The notes: generated from the letters alone by a model not told the origin. A DNA stretch of 64,000 bases from Alphaproteobacteria bacterium (GCA_965228695.1 CBDDIB010000002.1:120701-184700); one strand, 5' to 3'. Counted from the stretch's first letter, positions 1 through 11,338 are shown. Program-made: numbers and translations.

Positions 1-146
1 CCATCGCGGATCGTAACATCGATTTGCCGCGCGCCGGCGTCGATGCTGTTTTCCACCAGTTCTTTGACCGCCGAGGCGGGGCGTTCGATGACCTCGCCGG
101 CGGCGATGCGATTGACCACCGTTTCGGGCAGCCGTTGGATGATCAC
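1..146 (-). CDS. mutL: DNA mismatch repair protein MutL, N-terminal fragment (gene continues beyond window start)
   Basis: Not in the ORF track because it is open at the window edge. The reverse complement of 1-146 translates to (V/M)[48 protein letters not shown], the canonical MutL GHKL-ATPase N-terminus. The GTG at 146 lies 7 nt after GGAGAGG and overlaps the pgi stop codon (GTGA). Confidence 0.85.
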   Translation of the reverse strand, partial: MIIQRLPETVVNRIAAGEVIERPASAVKELVENSIDAGARQIDVTIRD

Positions 147-1456
147 GAGTCCGCCTCTCCGAAAGCCGCCATGTAGCGCCGCGCCAACTGCTTGCTCTCC
201 TCGACCGCCGGCTGATCGAACGGATCGACGCCCAGCAGATGCGCCGCGATGATCGTTTCCAGCATGAAATGCATCATCAAGGCGCCCAGCGTCCGCTCGT
301 CTACCGCCGCGAGACGCAGTACGCGGACCGGCCGGCCGCGCGCCGCCAGTGTCTCGGCGGTGGCGCGCTGGCAGGAGTCGAGCAGGTCGCCCATGCGCCG
401 TCCGCGCATCCAGTCGAGCGACTCATCGTCGAACAAGGTGGTATCGATGACCGGACCGACGCCGGCATGGGGGCCCATCACCACGGTGAAAAGTTTGTCC
501 GCCGGGCCGTCGAGATAGAGCTGAAGCTGGCTGTGCTGATCCACCGTGCCCATCGCGCGCAACGGCGTCGTCCCTTCGCCATCCTTGCCCAGGCTCTCGG
601 CCCAAAGCTGCCGGTACCACAATGCGAAGGGGGCGAGCCGGTCGACATAGGGAAACAGCACCGACATCGCGCAGCCGCGGTCCTTGGCCAATCCCACGGC
701 GATCGCCGCACCGACGGCGGGCGGCACGGCGGCGGGGTTGCCCTCGGACAACAGCGTCTGCAGCACTTCCTCCGCACCTTGGCGGACGGCCGCCGCGTCG
801 AGGCCCGCAATCATCGCCGGCAGCAGACCGACCAGCGACAAGACCGAGAAACGCCCCCCGACGCCGGGGTCGTGATCCAGCATGGGGAGACCGAATTCCC
901 CGGCGAGACGGCGCAACACGCTGTCGCCCGGTTCGACGATCGCCGTGGCGTGTTCGGCCAGGGAGTCGCGTCCCACCGAGGCGGCGAGCCAGTTGAAGAT
1001 GCAAAAGAGCTGGGTCAACGTCTCCGCCGTGCCGCCGGATTTCGAGACGGCGACGACACCCGTCCGCGCCGGGTCGAGCGTGCATATCAACCCGTCGAAG
1101 CTGTGCGGGTCGACATTCTCCATGAAATGGATACGGGGCTTCGCCGTCGCGCGAACCGCATCGGGCCCGGCAAGCGCACAGAGGCTGCGGCCGCCGAGGC
1201 TGGACCCGCCGGTACCGAGTACCAGGACGTCGTCGAAATCGCGCCGATACCGTGCCGCGGCCTCTTCCAGACCCGGCAGATCATCGGTCTTGCCCGGCAG
1301 TTTCAATAACGGCAGGGACCCGTCCGCGTGGCGTGCGCGCAGGCCGTCGATGGCGCCGCCGGCCTCCTTCAGCAAGGATTGTAGCCGGTCGCGCGGCAAG
1401 CCGCCGTTGCCGACCGCCTCGGCAATACAGTGTTCTATATCGTGGCTATACAGCAT
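143..1456 (-). CDS. pgi: glucose-6-phosphate isomerase (short type)
   Basis: 437-aa ORF with the SIS/PGI motifs [10 protein letters not shown] and [12 protein letters not shown]. Third codon positions are G+C rich throughout. Confidence 0.85.
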   Translation of the reverse strand: MLYSHDIEHCIAEAVGNGGLPRDRLQSLLKEAGGAIDGLRARHADGSLPLLKLPGKTDDLPGLEEAAARYRRDFDDVLVLGTGGSSLGGRSLCALAGPDAVRATAKPRIHFMENVDPHSFDGLICTLDPARTGVVAVSKSGGTAETLTQLFCIFNWLAASVGRDSLAEHATAIVEPGDSVLRRLAGEFGLPMLDHDPGVGGRFSVLSLVGLLPAMIAGLDAAAVRQGAEEVLQTLLSEGNPAAVPPAVGAAIAVGLAKDRGCAMSVLFPYVDRLAPFALWYRQLWAESLGKDGEGTTPLRAMGTVDQHSQLQLYLDGPADKLFTVVMGPHAGVGPVIDTTLFDDESLDWMRGRRMGDLLDSCQRATAETLAARGRPVRVLRLAAVDERTLGALMMHFMLETIIAAHLLGVDPFDQPAVEESKQLARRYMAAFGEADS

Positions 1457-1591
1457 GATCCGTCAGCGCGGATATTGCCCGCGACCGCCCACGCGCGCAA
1501 CGCTCGGCGGAAAGCGCCCCGTAAACAGGCGGCTGACCCGCACCGCCGCACCGCCGCATCGCCCATTCGCCGCGACTCGGCACGGTTGCCG

Positions 1592-2959
1592 TCAGCTGTC
1601 GATCTCCGGCGCCTTGCTGGTCGACTTCAAGCCCTGCGGCTGGCCGACCACCGTCACCGTCAGCTTATCGACGTCGAGGATTCGCTTTGCAAGCCGGTCG
1701 ATATCCCGCCGCGTTACGCTTTCGATCAGCCCGGCGCGGCGGTCGAGGTAGTCGATCCCAAGCGCGTGATACTGCATGGATACCAGGATCGACGCGATTC
1801 GGTCGCTGCTGGTGAACCGCAGCGGGAAGGACCCGTTGAGATAGAGTTTCGCGTTGCGCAGTTCCTCATCCGACACGCCGGTCTCGCGCATTCGCCGGAT
1901 CTGCGCCCGGATCAGGTCGACCGACTGGGCCATGCCGGCATTCGCGGTCGATACGCCGCCCATCCAGAACGGCGCGCTTTCGCGCGGGCTGAGATAGCTG
2001 TAGACCGAATAGGCGAGACCGCGCTTCTCGCGTACCTCGTCGTAGAGCCAGGAGCTGAACGACCCGCCGCCGAGGATATGGTTCATTACATAGGCGGTGT
2101 AGTAATCCGGATCACGCCGTGGCAGCGCCGGCAAACCGAAGACCGCCACGCTTTGCGGCACCGGCCGCTTCACGACGTAGGTCGCGCCGAGCGCCGCGGG
2201 CTGGGCCTTTTCGAGCGGCTGGCGCTCGGCCTTCGCCGGCAGGTCGCCGAAAGCCTTATCCAACAACACGCCGAGGTCTGCCGGGGAGATGTCGCCGGAC
2301 ACGCCGATCAGCAACTGGTCGCGCGCGAGATGACGTTTTACGAAACTCCGCATGTCGGCGACGTCGATCGCGCTGATCGTGGATTCGGTCCCGCTGACCG
2401 GCCGGCCATAGGGGTGATTGGGAAAGACGGCGCGCTGCCAGATGCGCCGCGCGATGTATCCCGGGCGGGTCGATCGGCGCTTGAGCGACGTCAAAATCTC
2501 ACCCCGAATCCGCTGCACCGGTGCTGCGTCGAACCGCGGTTCCGTCATCGCCAGCCGCAGCAACCGTACCGCTTCGTCTCGGTTGCGGTTGAGCGTCTTC
2601 AAGCTGCCGCTGAAGGTATCGTATCCCGCGTTGAATCCGAGCCGTATCGATAGGTTTTGCAGCCTGCCCTGAAAGGCCTGGCTATCCATCTCGCCGGCCC
2701 CCTCGTCGAGCAGCGACGCGGTCATGTTGGCCAACCCGCCTTTCCCGCTCGGGTCGCTCGCCGCGCCGCCACGAAACAGGAACTCGATGGCCAGCAGCGG
2801 CACCGAGGTATCGTGCACGAACCACGCTTCGATCCCGCCGGGGCTGACGACTTTCTGCACTTCGACCGCGCGGGCCGCGTGGGTCCATCCGAATACCAGC
2901 AGACCGACAAACAGGACCGCCCGGCCGGTGAAACGACTATGTTGTTTTGTTCCGAACAT
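1592..2959 (-). CDS. M16 family peptidase, non-catalytic-type subunit (no HxxEH motif)
   Basis: 455 aa with an N-terminal signal-like hydrophobic segment and an insulinase-family layout. The position of the zinc motif reads ANMTASLLDEGAG, so no HxxEH is present. It starts 10 nt after the stop of the upstream M16 gene. Confidence 0.8.
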   Translation of the reverse strand: MFGTKQHSRFTGRAVLFVGLLVFGWTHAARAVEVQKVVSPGGIEAWFVHDTSVPLLAIEFLFRGGAASDPSGKGGLANMTASLLDEGAGEMDSQAFQGRLQNLSIRLGFNAGYDTFSGSLKTLNRNRDEAVRLLRLAMTEPRFDAAPVQRIRGEILTSLKRRSTRPGYIARRIWQRAVFPNHPYGRPVSGTESTISAIDVADMRSFVKRHLARDQLLIGVSGDISPADLGVLLDKAFGDLPAKAERQPLEKAQPAALGATYVVKRPVPQSVAVFGLPALPRRDPDYYTAYVMNHILGGGSFSSWLYDEVREKRGLAYSVYSYLSPRESAPFWMGGVSTANAGMAQSVDLIRAQIRRMRETGVSDEELRNAKLYLNGSFPLRFTSSDRIASILVSMQYHALGIDYLDRRAGLIESVTRRDIDRLAKRILDVDKLTVTVVGQPQGLKSTSKAPEIDS

Positions 2960-2969
2960 AGGCTGTCCC

Positions 2970-4313
2970 TCAGCTTGTTTTTTCTGGCAGCAGCACCGCC
3001 GTAACGGTGCCGGTCTGTCCGAAGACCGCCTTGGCCGCGGCGTTTACCGTATCCACCGTGACCGCGCCGATCCGCTCCGGCCAACGCTCGACGTCTTCGA
3101 CCGTCATGCCGACCATCAGGGCGCTGCCGATTATGCGCGCCGGTCCGCTGACCGAATCCCGCGCGAAGATCGCCGCATCCTGAAGCCGCCGGACGGCATC
3201 CGCCACCTCTTGCGCCGTCACCCCGTCCTTGAGCAGCCGGGCGATCTCGCGCTCCATCAACGCCTCCACATCTTCCAGCTTCTGGCCGGGGCGCGGCGAC
3301 CCGTAGATCGAGAACTGTCCCGGCCCGCGGGCGTCGGCGTCGTACCAGGCGCCGGCGGAAGCCGCGACCTTTTCCTCGACCGCCAATGTCTTGTAGAGCC
3401 GGCTCGTCGACCCGCCGCCGAGAATTTCCGCCAAGACCTGCAGCGCGTAGGTATGCTCCGCCGGCCCGGACGCATAGCTCGGGGCGAGATAGCGGCGCGA
3501 CCATGTCGGCTGGCGCACCTGTTTGTGCTTATACGTCACGCGGCGATCGACCACTTGCGGCGGCTCGCGCCAATCAGGGCGTTCCGGCAGCGTCCGCGCC
3601 GGGATCACGCCGTAGTATTTCTCGGCAAGCGGCTTTACCGTCTCGACGGTCACGTCGCCGGAAACCACCAGGACCGCATTGTTCGGCGCGTACCAGGATC
3701 GGTAGAAGTCCAGCAGATCCTCGCGGGTCAGGGCGTTGACCTCATGGTCCCAGCCGATGATCGGAATGCGATACGGATGGTTCATGTATTGCACCGCGTC
3801 GGCCTGCTCGTTCAGCTTGCCCGACGGATTGTTCTCGATGCGGCTGCGCCGCTCCTCCGCGACGACCTTGCGCTCCGGCTCGATCGCTTCCTTCGACAAC
3901 ACCAGATTGGTCATTCGGTCCGCCTCGATCCGCATCATCTCCTCCAGACGGTCCGACGCGACCGACTGGTAGTAGCCGGTGTAATCCTGCGAGGTGAAGG
4001 CGTTTTCCTGACCGCCGTTCCGGGCGACGATCGCCGAGAATTCGCCGGGTTTGAGGGTCTTGGTGCCCTTGAACATGAGATGTTCGAGATAGTGCGCGAT
4101 CCCCGACTTGCCGGGCGGTTCGTCCATCGCACCGACCTTGTAATAAATCATGTGCGTTACGACCGGCGCGCGGTGATTGGATATCACCACAACCTGCAAA
4201 CCGTTCTTCAATGTAAAGCTTTTGGGATTGAATACGGCGGCGTGGCCCGGCACCGAAAATGCCAGCATCGCCATCGCCGCGAGAAACCATAGGGGAACCG
4301 TTTTAATGCGCAT
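2970..4313 (-). CDS. M16 family zinc metallopeptidase (insulinase/PqqL-like), catalytic-type
   Basis: 447 aa with signal peptide MRIKTVPLWFLAAMAMLAFSVPGHA. The inverted zinc motif HYLEH is present (GIAHYLEHLMFKG). Confidence 0.85.
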   Translation of the reverse strand: MRIKTVPLWFLAAMAMLAFSVPGHAAVFNPKSFTLKNGLQVVVISNHRAPVVTHMIYYKVGAMDEPPGKSGIAHYLEHLMFKGTKTLKPGEFSAIVARNGGQENAFTSQDYTGYYQSVASDRLEEMMRIEADRMTNLVLSKEAIEPERKVVAEERRSRIENNPSGKLNEQADAVQYMNHPYRIPIIGWDHEVNALTREDLLDFYRSWYAPNNAVLVVSGDVTVETVKPLAEKYYGVIPARTLPERPDWREPPQVVDRRVTYKHKQVRQPTWSRRYLAPSYASGPAEHTYALQVLAEILGGGSTSRLYKTLAVEEKVAASAGAWYDADARGPGQFSIYGSPRPGQKLEDVEALMEREIARLLKDGVTAQEVADAVRRLQDAAIFARDSVSGPARIIGSALMVGMTVEDVERWPERIGAVTVDTVNAAAKAVFGQTGTVTAVLLPEKTS

Positions 4314-4441
4314 CGTTCATCCTATTCAGCGGTCAACGCCAGGCAGCATATATGCGGCCGCCACCCTACCAAAGCAATAGGGCGTAAGAACGGTATAACG
4401 ATGTCGTTATTATTTTGTTTACAAAGGTTACTTGGCCGAAA

Positions 4442-5008
4442 TTACTTTGGCGACGCGTCTTTTTTGTCCCTTCCGGGCACCGGCGGCTCGCCCAGGGCCG
4501 ATTTGCGGTTCAACCGCTCGGCTTCCTTTTTCGCATCGACCACTTCATTGGCTTTCGACGCGGTCCGCCAGAAGACCAGCTTGTCGACGATCGACTCGTC
4601 TTCCGTCACCCGGCCGCTTTCCCGGTTCACCAGGACGCGGATGTCGGGATCCACATTGTCCGCGCCGGCGAGTTTAAGTAGCTCCTGTTCGCCGGTGGAC
4701 GGACCGCTTTGGATTTGAACGTTGAATCCATTGTCGTTTTGCGCGCCCAACGGCTGACCGGAGGCGTTCTGTGCCGCCCCGGACAACAACCTGGATCGGG
4801 CTTGATCGCGGGGCGTCACTTCGTTCGGGCGCTCCGCACCGGTGCGCGGCGGCCGCAGCGAGTAGTCGGGCGGCTGGCTCAACGGTGCACGGGATACAAC
4901 GCCGAACTCGTCGGGGCCGGCCCGGCGAGTGCCGTCGAACAGGACGCAGCCCGACAGCATGACAGCCGCCATCGCCACCGTACCGATCTTCAAGACACCA
5001 CGTTCCAC
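4442..5008 (-). CDS. putative lipoprotein (DUF3035-like)
   Basis: 188 aa with lipobox MLSGC after a hydrophobic N-terminus. The mature part is Pro/Gly/charged-rich. It sits directly downstream of lspA. Confidence 0.6.
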   Translation of the reverse strand: MERGVLKIGTVAMAAVMLSGCVLFDGTRRAGPDEFGVVSRAPLSQPPDYSLRPPRTGAERPNEVTPRDQARSRLLSGAAQNASGQPLGAQNDNGFNVQIQSGPSTGEQELLKLAGADNVDPDIRVLVNRESGRVTEDESIVDKLVFWRTASKANEVVDAKKEAERLNRKSALGEPPVPGRDKKDASPK

Positions 5009-5041
5009 GTTACGCTCCCGATACTTGTTCTAGAACCTGTT

Positions 5042-5512
5042 TTAAATGGGTTTTCGGCGATTTTCAAACAACCCGTCATAAAGAATCAGCACTACTCCGA
5101 TGAAAATCGACGAATCGGCGATATTGAACGCCGGCCAATGATAGCCGAATGCATGAAAATCCAGGAAATCGACAACCGCCTGATGTACGAACCGGTCGAT
5201 GACATTGCCGACCGCCCCACCGAGAACGAAACCCAACCCAGCCGCCAAGACCCGGTTTTCCGCCTTCCGAAGCCACATCACCAGGAAAATCGAGATCACG
5301 ATGGCCAGGCCGGCCAGGATATACGGCATCCACTGGGCGCTGGACGCGAACAGTCCGAAACTGACCCCGCGGTTCCAGACCAGGACGAGATTGAAGAAAT
5401 CCGTCACAGGCACAACCCGCGGATTGTCCAAGAATTCGGCGAGAATCCACCATTTGGTGATTTGATCGGCGACGACGATGACGCCGGCAACGCAAAGCCC
5501 CAGCCGCAGCAT
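5042..5512 (-). CDS. lspA: lipoprotein signal peptidase (signal peptidase II)
   Basis: The C-terminal 156 aa of track ORF 5042..6103 (MLRLGLCVAGVIVVADQITKWWI...NRGVSFG...FNIADSSI) are typical LspA. The upstream part of that ORF is R/G-rich and overlaps ileS, so I chose the ATG at 5512, 6 nt after the ileS stop. Confidence 0.9.
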   Translation of the reverse strand: MLRLGLCVAGVIVVADQITKWWILAEFLDNPRVVPVTDFFNLVLVWNRGVSFGLFASSAQWMPYILAGLAIVISIFLVMWLRKAENRVLAAGLGFVLGGAVGNVIDRFVHQAVVDFLDFHAFGYHWPAFNIADSSIFIGVVLILYDGLFENRRKPI

Positions 5513-5517
5513 CCCGT

Positions 5518-8355
5518 TCACGCGGCGACACGGCTGGACCGGACGGCGTCGGCACAGCGGTTGCAGGTTTCCGGAACCTCCGGCTGGCTGCCCACCTCGG
5601 GCAACACCTTCCAGCAACGGGCGCATTTCTCGCCCTCCGCTGTCTTCGGGACGACCGCGACGCCGTTGACCTCGGGCAGCGTGAACGCCTCCGCCGGCGC
5701 GGCGCCGGCAAGGATCGCGGCGTCCGACGTGATGGCGATATCGGCGAGATCGAGCCCGTCGATCGCCGTCCGGAATTCCGCCGAGAGATAAACATCCGGC
5801 GCCGCCAACAAGCTCGACCCGATGCGCTTTTCGGCCCGTTCGATCTCCAACGCGCCCAACACGACGCGGCGGATATCGCGCACCTTCTCCCACCGTTCGG
5901 CCAAGGCGTCGCTGCGCCAATCGGCCGGGATGTCGGGATACACGCGCATATGCACGCTGCCGTCCTCGTCCGGATTGCGGGCGAGCCAGGCTTCCTCCGC
6001 GGTGAAACACAGGATCGGCGCGAACCACGCGGTCAGACAATCGAACAGCGTGGCCAACACGGTCTGCGCGGCGCGGCGGCGCGGCGAGTCCGGCGCGTCG
6101 CAATACAGCGTGTCCTTGCGGATGTCGAAATAGAAGGCCGACAGGTCGATCGCGCAGAAATCATGCAGATTGCGGAACATGGCGTGGAAGTCATAGCGCT
6201 CGGCGCAATCCCGAATGATCCGGTCCATGTCCCAGATTCGGTGCAGCGCCCATTGCTCCAATTCCGGCATGTCGGCGGGATCGACGCGGTTCGACCCGTC
6301 ATAACCGTTCAGGTTCCCCAGCAGATAACGCAGCGTATTGCGCAGCCGCCGGTAGGCGTCCACCTGATGCTTGATGATCTCGGGGCCGATCTTCAGATCT
6401 TCCGAATAGTCGGACGCGACGACCCACAGCCGCAGCATCTCCGCGCCGTATTGGTCGACGACCTCCTGCGGCCCGACGGAGTTGTTGAGCGACTTCGACA
6501 TCTTGCGGCCGTCCTCGGCCATCACGAAGCCATGGGTCAGCACCTGATCGTAGGGCGCCCGCCCCCGCGTGCCGCAGGATTCCAGCAGCGAGGAGTGGAA
6601 CCAGCCGCGATGCTGATCCGATCCTTCGAGATACAGCGTCGCCGGCCACGCCAGATCGTCCCGCGCTTCCAGGACGAAGGCATGGGTCGACCCGGAATCG
6701 AACCAGACGTCGACGACGTCGCGGACCTGTTCGTAGTCGCCCGGGTTGTAGTCGTTGCCGAGGAAGCGCGACGGCTCGCTGTTGAACCAGGCGTCCGCAC
6801 CTTCGTCTTCGAAGGCCTCGACGATGCGCTCCACGACCTTGGCGTCGCGCAGCGGCTCACCGGTCTTCTTCTCGACGAAGACGGGGATCGGCACGCCCCA
6901 GGCGCGCTGCCGGGAGATGCACCAATCCGGCCGGGATTCGATCATCGAATGCAGCCGGTTGCGTCCCTGCGATGGGAAGAACTCGGTCTCGCCGATCGCG
7001 CTAAGCGCCTTGTCGCGCAGGTCATTGTTGTCCATCGAGATGAACCACTGCGCCGTATTGCGGAAGATCAGCGGCGCCTTGGACCGCCAAGAATGCGGGT
7101 AGCTGTGCTTCAGCCGCCCCTTGGCCAACAACCCGCCCGCCTCGATCATCGCGCCGATCACGGCCCCGGTGATGTCGCCCGGCTTGCCGTCCGCCGTGTA
7201 GACCGTCTTGCCGGCGAACATCGGCACATGGTCGTAGAAAACGCCGTCCTCGCCGACCGTCGCCGGGATCTCCAACCCATGCTGCGCACCCAGGACGAAG
7301 TCGTCCGCGCCATGACCCGGCGCGATATGGACGAATCCCGTGCCCTGCTCGGTGGTCACGAAATCGGCCGCCATCAGCGGCGCGTCATGGTCATACCCCT
7401 GCCCGCGGAAGGGGTGCGCGCAGACCGTCCCGGCCAGCTCCGATCCCTTGAGTTTCCCGACGATCGAATGGCTTGTGATCTTCGCTTCTTCGCAAACCGT
7501 CGTCAGCAGGACATCGGCCACGGCGATTTTCTCGCCGACCGTGGCAAGGCTGCCCTCGGCTACCTCGGTGACCTCGACCACCACGTAGTCGAAGTCGGCG
7601 CCATAAGCGAGGCCCCGATTGCCCGGCATGGTCCAGGGCGTCGTGGTCCAGATCACGACCGACGCGCCCTCGAGCGCCGATACGGACGCCTGTACAACGG
7701 GAAAACGGATATGGATCGTCGGCGAGGAAATGTCGTGATACTCGACCTCGGCCTCGGCCAGGGCGGTCTTCTCGACGATCGACCACAACACCGGCTTGGA
7801 CCCGCGATACAGCCCGCCGTTCAGCAGGAACGCGCCGATCTCGCGGGCAATCTGCGCTTCCGCGCCATAGGCCATCGTCGTATACGGCTTTTCCCAGTCG
7901 CCGAAGACGCCGAGACGCTTGAATTCCTCGCGCTGCACGTCGATCCAGTGGGCCGCGAAATCGCGGCATTCCTGACGGAATTCGTCCACCGGGACCGCGT
8001 CCTTGTCCTGTCCCTTTTCGCGGTATTGTTCCTCGATCTTCCACTCGATCGGCAGGCCGTGACAGTCCCAGCCAGGGACGTAGTTCGCGTCCTTGCCGAG
8101 CATCTGCTGCGACCGGTTCACCACATCCTTGAGGATCTTGTTCAGCGCGTGGCCGATATGCAGATGGCCGTTCGCATACGGCGGGCCGTCATGCAGAATG
8201 AATTTCGGCCGGCCCTTCGACTGCTCGCGCAGCTTGGCCCACAAGCCGATCTCATGCCAGCGCGCCAGCAGCTCGGGCTCGCGTTTCGGCAGCCCGGCCT
8301 TCATGGGAAAGGCCGTCCGCGGCAGGTGAATGGTGTCTTTGTAGTCGACGGTCAT
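5518..8355 (-). CDS. ileS: isoleucine--tRNA ligase
   Basis: Class I aaRS motifs are present: HIGH ([15 protein letters not shown]) and KMSKS ([10 protein letters not shown]), plus a C-terminal zinc-finger cysteine motif (CARCW...CNRC). Start set at [14 protein letters not shown] (ATG at 8355) rather than the track start 8466. Confidence 0.95.
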   Translation of the reverse strand: MTVDYKDTIHLPRTAFPMKAGLPKREPELLARWHEIGLWAKLREQSKGRPKFILHDGPPYANGHLHIGHALNKILKDVVNRSQQMLGKDANYVPGWDCHGLPIEWKIEEQYREKGQDKDAVPVDEFRQECRDFAAHWIDVQREEFKRLGVFGDWEKPYTTMAYGAEAQIAREIGAFLLNGGLYRGSKPVLWSIVEKTALAEAEVEYHDISSPTIHIRFPVVQASVSALEGASVVIWTTTPWTMPGNRGLAYGADFDYVVVEVTEVAEGSLATVGEKIAVADVLLTTVCEEAKITSHSIVGKLKGSELAGTVCAHPFRGQGYDHDAPLMAADFVTTEQGTGFVHIAPGHGADDFVLGAQHGLEIPATVGEDGVFYDHVPMFAGKTVYTADGKPGDITGAVIGAMIEAGGLLAKGRLKHSYPHSWRSKAPLIFRNTAQWFISMDNNDLRDKALSAIGETEFFPSQGRNRLHSMIESRPDWCISRQRAWGVPIPVFVEKKTGEPLRDAKVVERIVEAFEDEGADAWFNSEPSRFLGNDYNPGDYEQVRDVVDVWFDSGSTHAFVLEARDDLAWPATLYLEGSDQHRGWFHSSLLESCGTRGRAPYDQVLTHGFVMAEDGRKMSKSLNNSVGPQEVVDQYGAEMLRLWVVASDYSEDLKIGPEIIKHQVDAYRRLRNTLRYLLGNLNGYDGSNRVDPADMPELEQWALHRIWDMDRIIRDCAERYDFHAMFRNLHDFCAIDLSAFYFDIRKDTLYCDAPDSPRRRAAQTVLATLFDCLTAWFAPILCFTAEEAWLARNPDEDGSVHMRVYPDIPADWRSDALAERWEKVRDIRRVVLGALEIERAEKRIGSSLLAAPDVYLSAEFRTAIDGLDLADIAITSDAAILAGAAPAEAFTLPEVNGVAVVPKTAEGEKCARCWKVLPEVGSQPEVPETCNRCADAVRSSRVAA

Positions 8356-8404
8356 GGCTTCGTTTTCCGATTGGCGCGCCATCCTATACAGCGCGAGGGC
8401 CGGG

Positions 8405-9361
8405 TCAAGAAGCGCCGGCGGCGCGGGTGCGCAAAATTCGGCCGGCCGACGCGGAATCCTCGGCAATTTGCGCCTTCAATGCGTCGAAACTGTCGAATTT
8501 TCGCTCGGGGCGGATGAATTCGATCATGGCGACCCGTAGGTGCTGTCCGTAGATGTCGCCGTCGAAATCGAAAAGGTGGGTTTCCAGCAGCAGCCGCGTG
8601 CCGTCGACCGTCGGCCGTGTGCCCAGATTGGCGACGCCGTCGTACCACTCGATCGCCTCGCCATCGCCGACCCCGGCCCGGACGGCATAGACGCCGTAGG
8701 CCGGCCGTATGTATTCGCCAAGCATCAGGTTTGCCGTGGGAAACCCGATGGTCCGGCCGCGCTGATCGCCCTGCTCGACCCGGCCGTCGATCTCGAATGG
8801 CCGCCCCAGCAAGGCGGCCGCATGCCCCGGTTTCCCGGCCGCGAGATAATCCCGGATACGGGTCGACGAAAAAATCTCGCCGTCGGCGGAGGCGACGGGC
8901 TCGATCACGTTTACCGTAAAACCGCCTTCGTCCGCCATGCTCTTCAGCAGATCGACATCGCCGCGGCGGCCGTTGCCGAAGCGGAAATCGTAGCCGACCG
9001 TCACATGGCGGGCGCCGATCCCATCGACCAGCACGCGTTGCACGAAGTCCTCCGCGCCGACCTGCGACATGGCTTCGTTGAAAGCCAACACCATGAGCGT
9101 ATCGACCTTGAGCGCCGCGAGATGCATCGCCTTGCTGCGGAACGGCGTCAGCCGGAACGGCGGCTGGTCCGGGGCGAAAAAGCTGCGGGGGTGCGGTTCG
9201 AACGTGACGACCGCGAGCGACAGACCCTGTGCCGCCGCATCGGCCACGGCACCGCCGATCACCTCCTGATGACCCCGGTGGACGCCGTCGAAATTACCCA
9301 GCACGACGGCGCAACCGCGCACATCATCGGGGACTCCGTCGTAATGACGCAGGATTCGCAT
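8405..9361 (-). CDS. ribF: bifunctional riboflavin kinase / FMN adenylyltransferase
   Basis: 318 aa containing [11 protein letters not shown] (FAD synthetase) and a C-terminal riboflavin kinase region (GFPTANL...YGVYA). Confidence 0.9.
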   Translation of the reverse strand: MRILRHYDGVPDDVRGCAVVLGNFDGVHRGHQEVIGGAVADAAAQGLSLAVVTFEPHPRSFFAPDQPPFRLTPFRSKAMHLAALKVDTLMVLAFNEAMSQVGAEDFVQRVLVDGIGARHVTVGYDFRFGNGRRGDVDLLKSMADEGGFTVNVIEPVASADGEIFSSTRIRDYLAAGKPGHAAALLGRPFEIDGRVEQGDQRGRTIGFPTANLMLGEYIRPAYGVYAVRAGVGDGEAIEWYDGVANLGTRPTVDGTRLLLETHLFDFDGDIYGQHLRVAMIEFIRPERKFDSFDALKAQIAEDSASAGRILRTRAAGAS

Positions 9362-9465
9362 TGATCATCACTCGCCGCACCGGCGCTGCCGGCCCCATGC
9401 GGGCACAGGTATAGCGGTCCGGAAGGCTTTTGTTTAGTGCTGAAGGCCAGCCGCGGTCGGCTGGA

Positions 9466-9942
9466 TCAGGCCGCCTTGCGCTTTTTGACCCGTTCGCGCG
9501 ACGGAACCAGCAGGGTCGAGATGCCTTCGACGACCGGCTCCCCGGCAACCGTGCAGACGGATTTGGCCACGGCGCGGCACTTCTCCAGGTTGACGTCGGT
9601 GATCGTCACCTCGGTCTGCACCGTGTCGCCCGGCCGTACCGGCGCGAGGAATTTGACCTCTTGGTTGAGGTAGATGCACCCCGGTCCCGGCAACTTGGTG
9701 CCCAGGACGGTGGAAATGAACACCGCGGTCAGCATGCCATGCGCGATCCGCCCCTTGAACATGGATTCGCGGGCGAATTCCTCGTTCAGATGCAGGGGGT
9801 TATTGTCACCGGATATGCCGGCGAAGATCACGATGTCGGTTTCGGTAATCGTCTTTGCGTATAACGCGTTCATTCCGACCGACAGGTCTTCGATAAAATA
9901 TCCGTGCAAGTGCGAGTTCGGACCGTCGCCATTCACAGCCAT
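9466..9942 (-). CDS. MaoC-like (R)-specific enoyl-CoA hydratase / hot-dog fold dehydratase
   Basis: 158 aa with the MaoC dehydratase signature region GDNNPLHLNEEFARESMFKGRIAHGML. Confidence 0.8.
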   Translation of the reverse strand: MAVNGDGPNSHLHGYFIEDLSVGMNALYAKTITETDIVIFAGISGDNNPLHLNEEFARESMFKGRIAHGMLTAVFISTVLGTKLPGPGCIYLNQEVKFLAPVRPGDTVQTEVTITDVNLEKCRAVAKSVCTVAGEPVVEGISTLLVPSRERVKKRKAA

Positions 9943-10078
9943 CTGCGCTTTCCCTTTCTCGGTAAGCCCGCAAGTTATTGATTTTGCGGCGCAGCAATTA
10001 TAGTGCGGCGCAATATAACGAAACGTTAAAGCCAGAGCAATCGTATAGAAATCTATATTAATTCGACCCCAAAGCGGC

Positions 10079-11338
10079 CTAGCTGCGGCGCAACCCGGAA
10101 CGTACGCCGACGAACCTGCCCCCCAGGGCGGCGAGCAGCGTCACCATCATGAAGAGGGCCGCACCCAGGAAGATCCAATCGGGCCGGCCGCCGTCCATGA
10201 ACAGGCCGAACATCAGGGGCGCCACGCTGGCGCCGAGGCTCATCCCGACCGACAGGAATCCGAACACCTTGCCCATCTCGCCCGGCGGGGTGATCGCCCG
10301 CACCATCATGTCGCGGGCCGGCTGAACGTTGCCGAAGGCCAGACCGGAAAGGCAAAGCACCGCGATCAAGGCCGCCGGCGGCAGGTCGAAGAAGGCCGGC
10401 ATCAGAATCGAGATGGCGGCGATCACCAGGGCGCAGCTCGCGACCAAGTCGTGGCGGCCGACCCGGTCCGCTAAAAACCCGCCCAGCAGGACGCCGAAGG
10501 AACTGGCGAACAGGAACCCGGTCAGGGCGATGTTCGCGACCGCGTAAGGCGTGCCGTGCAACTCCATCAAGCCGTTGATGGTGAAAGCGAAGATGCCGCT
10601 CGTGGTGAAGGTGATTGCGCAGAACAGACCGAAGAAGACCAGCATCGCCGGCGTCAACAGCAACGACCATCCTTGGCGGACGGCGCGCTCGACCGGATGT
10701 TGCGGCGGCGGCGTGGCCCGCTTGCCCGGCGCGGCGCGGTTCAGGATATCGCTGTTGAGCGCCATCACCGCCAGCGTCACCAGGCCCGCGCCGCCGGCGA
10801 CCAGCAGGGCGGTGCGCCAACCCCAAAAGGCCGCCATCGCGCCCATCGCGACCGGCGCGATGCTGCCGCCCAGAAATCCGGAAAAAGTATGGAGACCGAA
10901 TGCGCGGCCGACCCGTTTCTCGGAAATAGCCCCCGACATGATCGCGTAATCAGCGGGATGGAAGACGCTGTTGCCGATACCGGCGAGCACCGCGAGAACC
11001 AGCAACATCCAATAGGCGTCGGCGACCCCCATCAGCGCGATCGACAGGGCATTGAGCCCGAAACCCGCCAACAGCAGATGGCGGGCGCCGAACCGGTCGA
11101 CCAAAAACCCGACCGGCGCCTGGATAACGCCGCCGATCAGGTTATAGGCCGTCAGGGCAAGGCCCAACGCCACATAGCTGACGCCGAAATCCTTCTGGAT
11201 GAAGAGAAACAGAGGCGGTAGCGTCAATAAATAGAAATGGCTAAAGAAATGCCCGCCGGCGATCAGGCCGATGATTTTGGCATCCTGGCCGGTGACGCCG
11301 GCCGGCCCATCGTCCAGCGTCCGGTCAGTCGGTGCCAT
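10079..11338 (-). CDS. MFS transporter
   Basis: 419 aa with about 12 hydrophobic segments and the MFS loop motif VDRFGARH. It is a paralogue of the MFS gene at 45918..47141. Confidence 0.8.
   Translation of the reverse strand: MAPTDRTLDDGPAGVTGQDAKIIGLIAGGHFFSHFYLLTLPPLFLFIQKDFGVSYVALGLALTAYNLIGGVIQAPVGFLVDRFGARHLLLAGFGLNALSIALMGVADAYWMLLVLAVLAGIGNSVFHPADYAIMSGAISEKRVGRAFGLHTFSGFLGGSIAPVAMGAMAAFWGWRTALLVAGGAGLVTLAVMALNSDILNRAAPGKRATPPPQHPVERAVRQGWSLLLTPAMLVFFGLFCAITFTTSGIFAFTINGLMELHGTPYAVANIALTGFLFASSFGVLLGGFLADRVGRHDLVASCALVIAAISILMPAFFDLPPAALIAVLCLSGLAFGNVQPARDMMVRAITPPGEMGKVFGFLSVGMSLGASVAPLMFGLFMDGGRPDWIFLGAALFMMVTLLAALGGRFVGVRSGLRRS

Noticed and set aside
5513-6103. Long N-terminal extension of lspA (track ORF 5042..6103) overlapping the ileS 3' end.
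   Set aside because: The extension is Arg/Gly-rich nonsense. LspA proteins are about 160 aa, and the ATG at 5512 sits 6 nt after the ileS stop.
5950-8517. 855-aa plus-strand ORF antisense to ileS, together with many other ORFs of 60-220 aa in this span.
   Set aside because: The translation is extremely R/G/P/A/H-rich with no recognisable domain. It fully overlaps a clearly genuine ileS on the other strand. This is the typical stop-codon-poor antisense frame of high-GC DNA.
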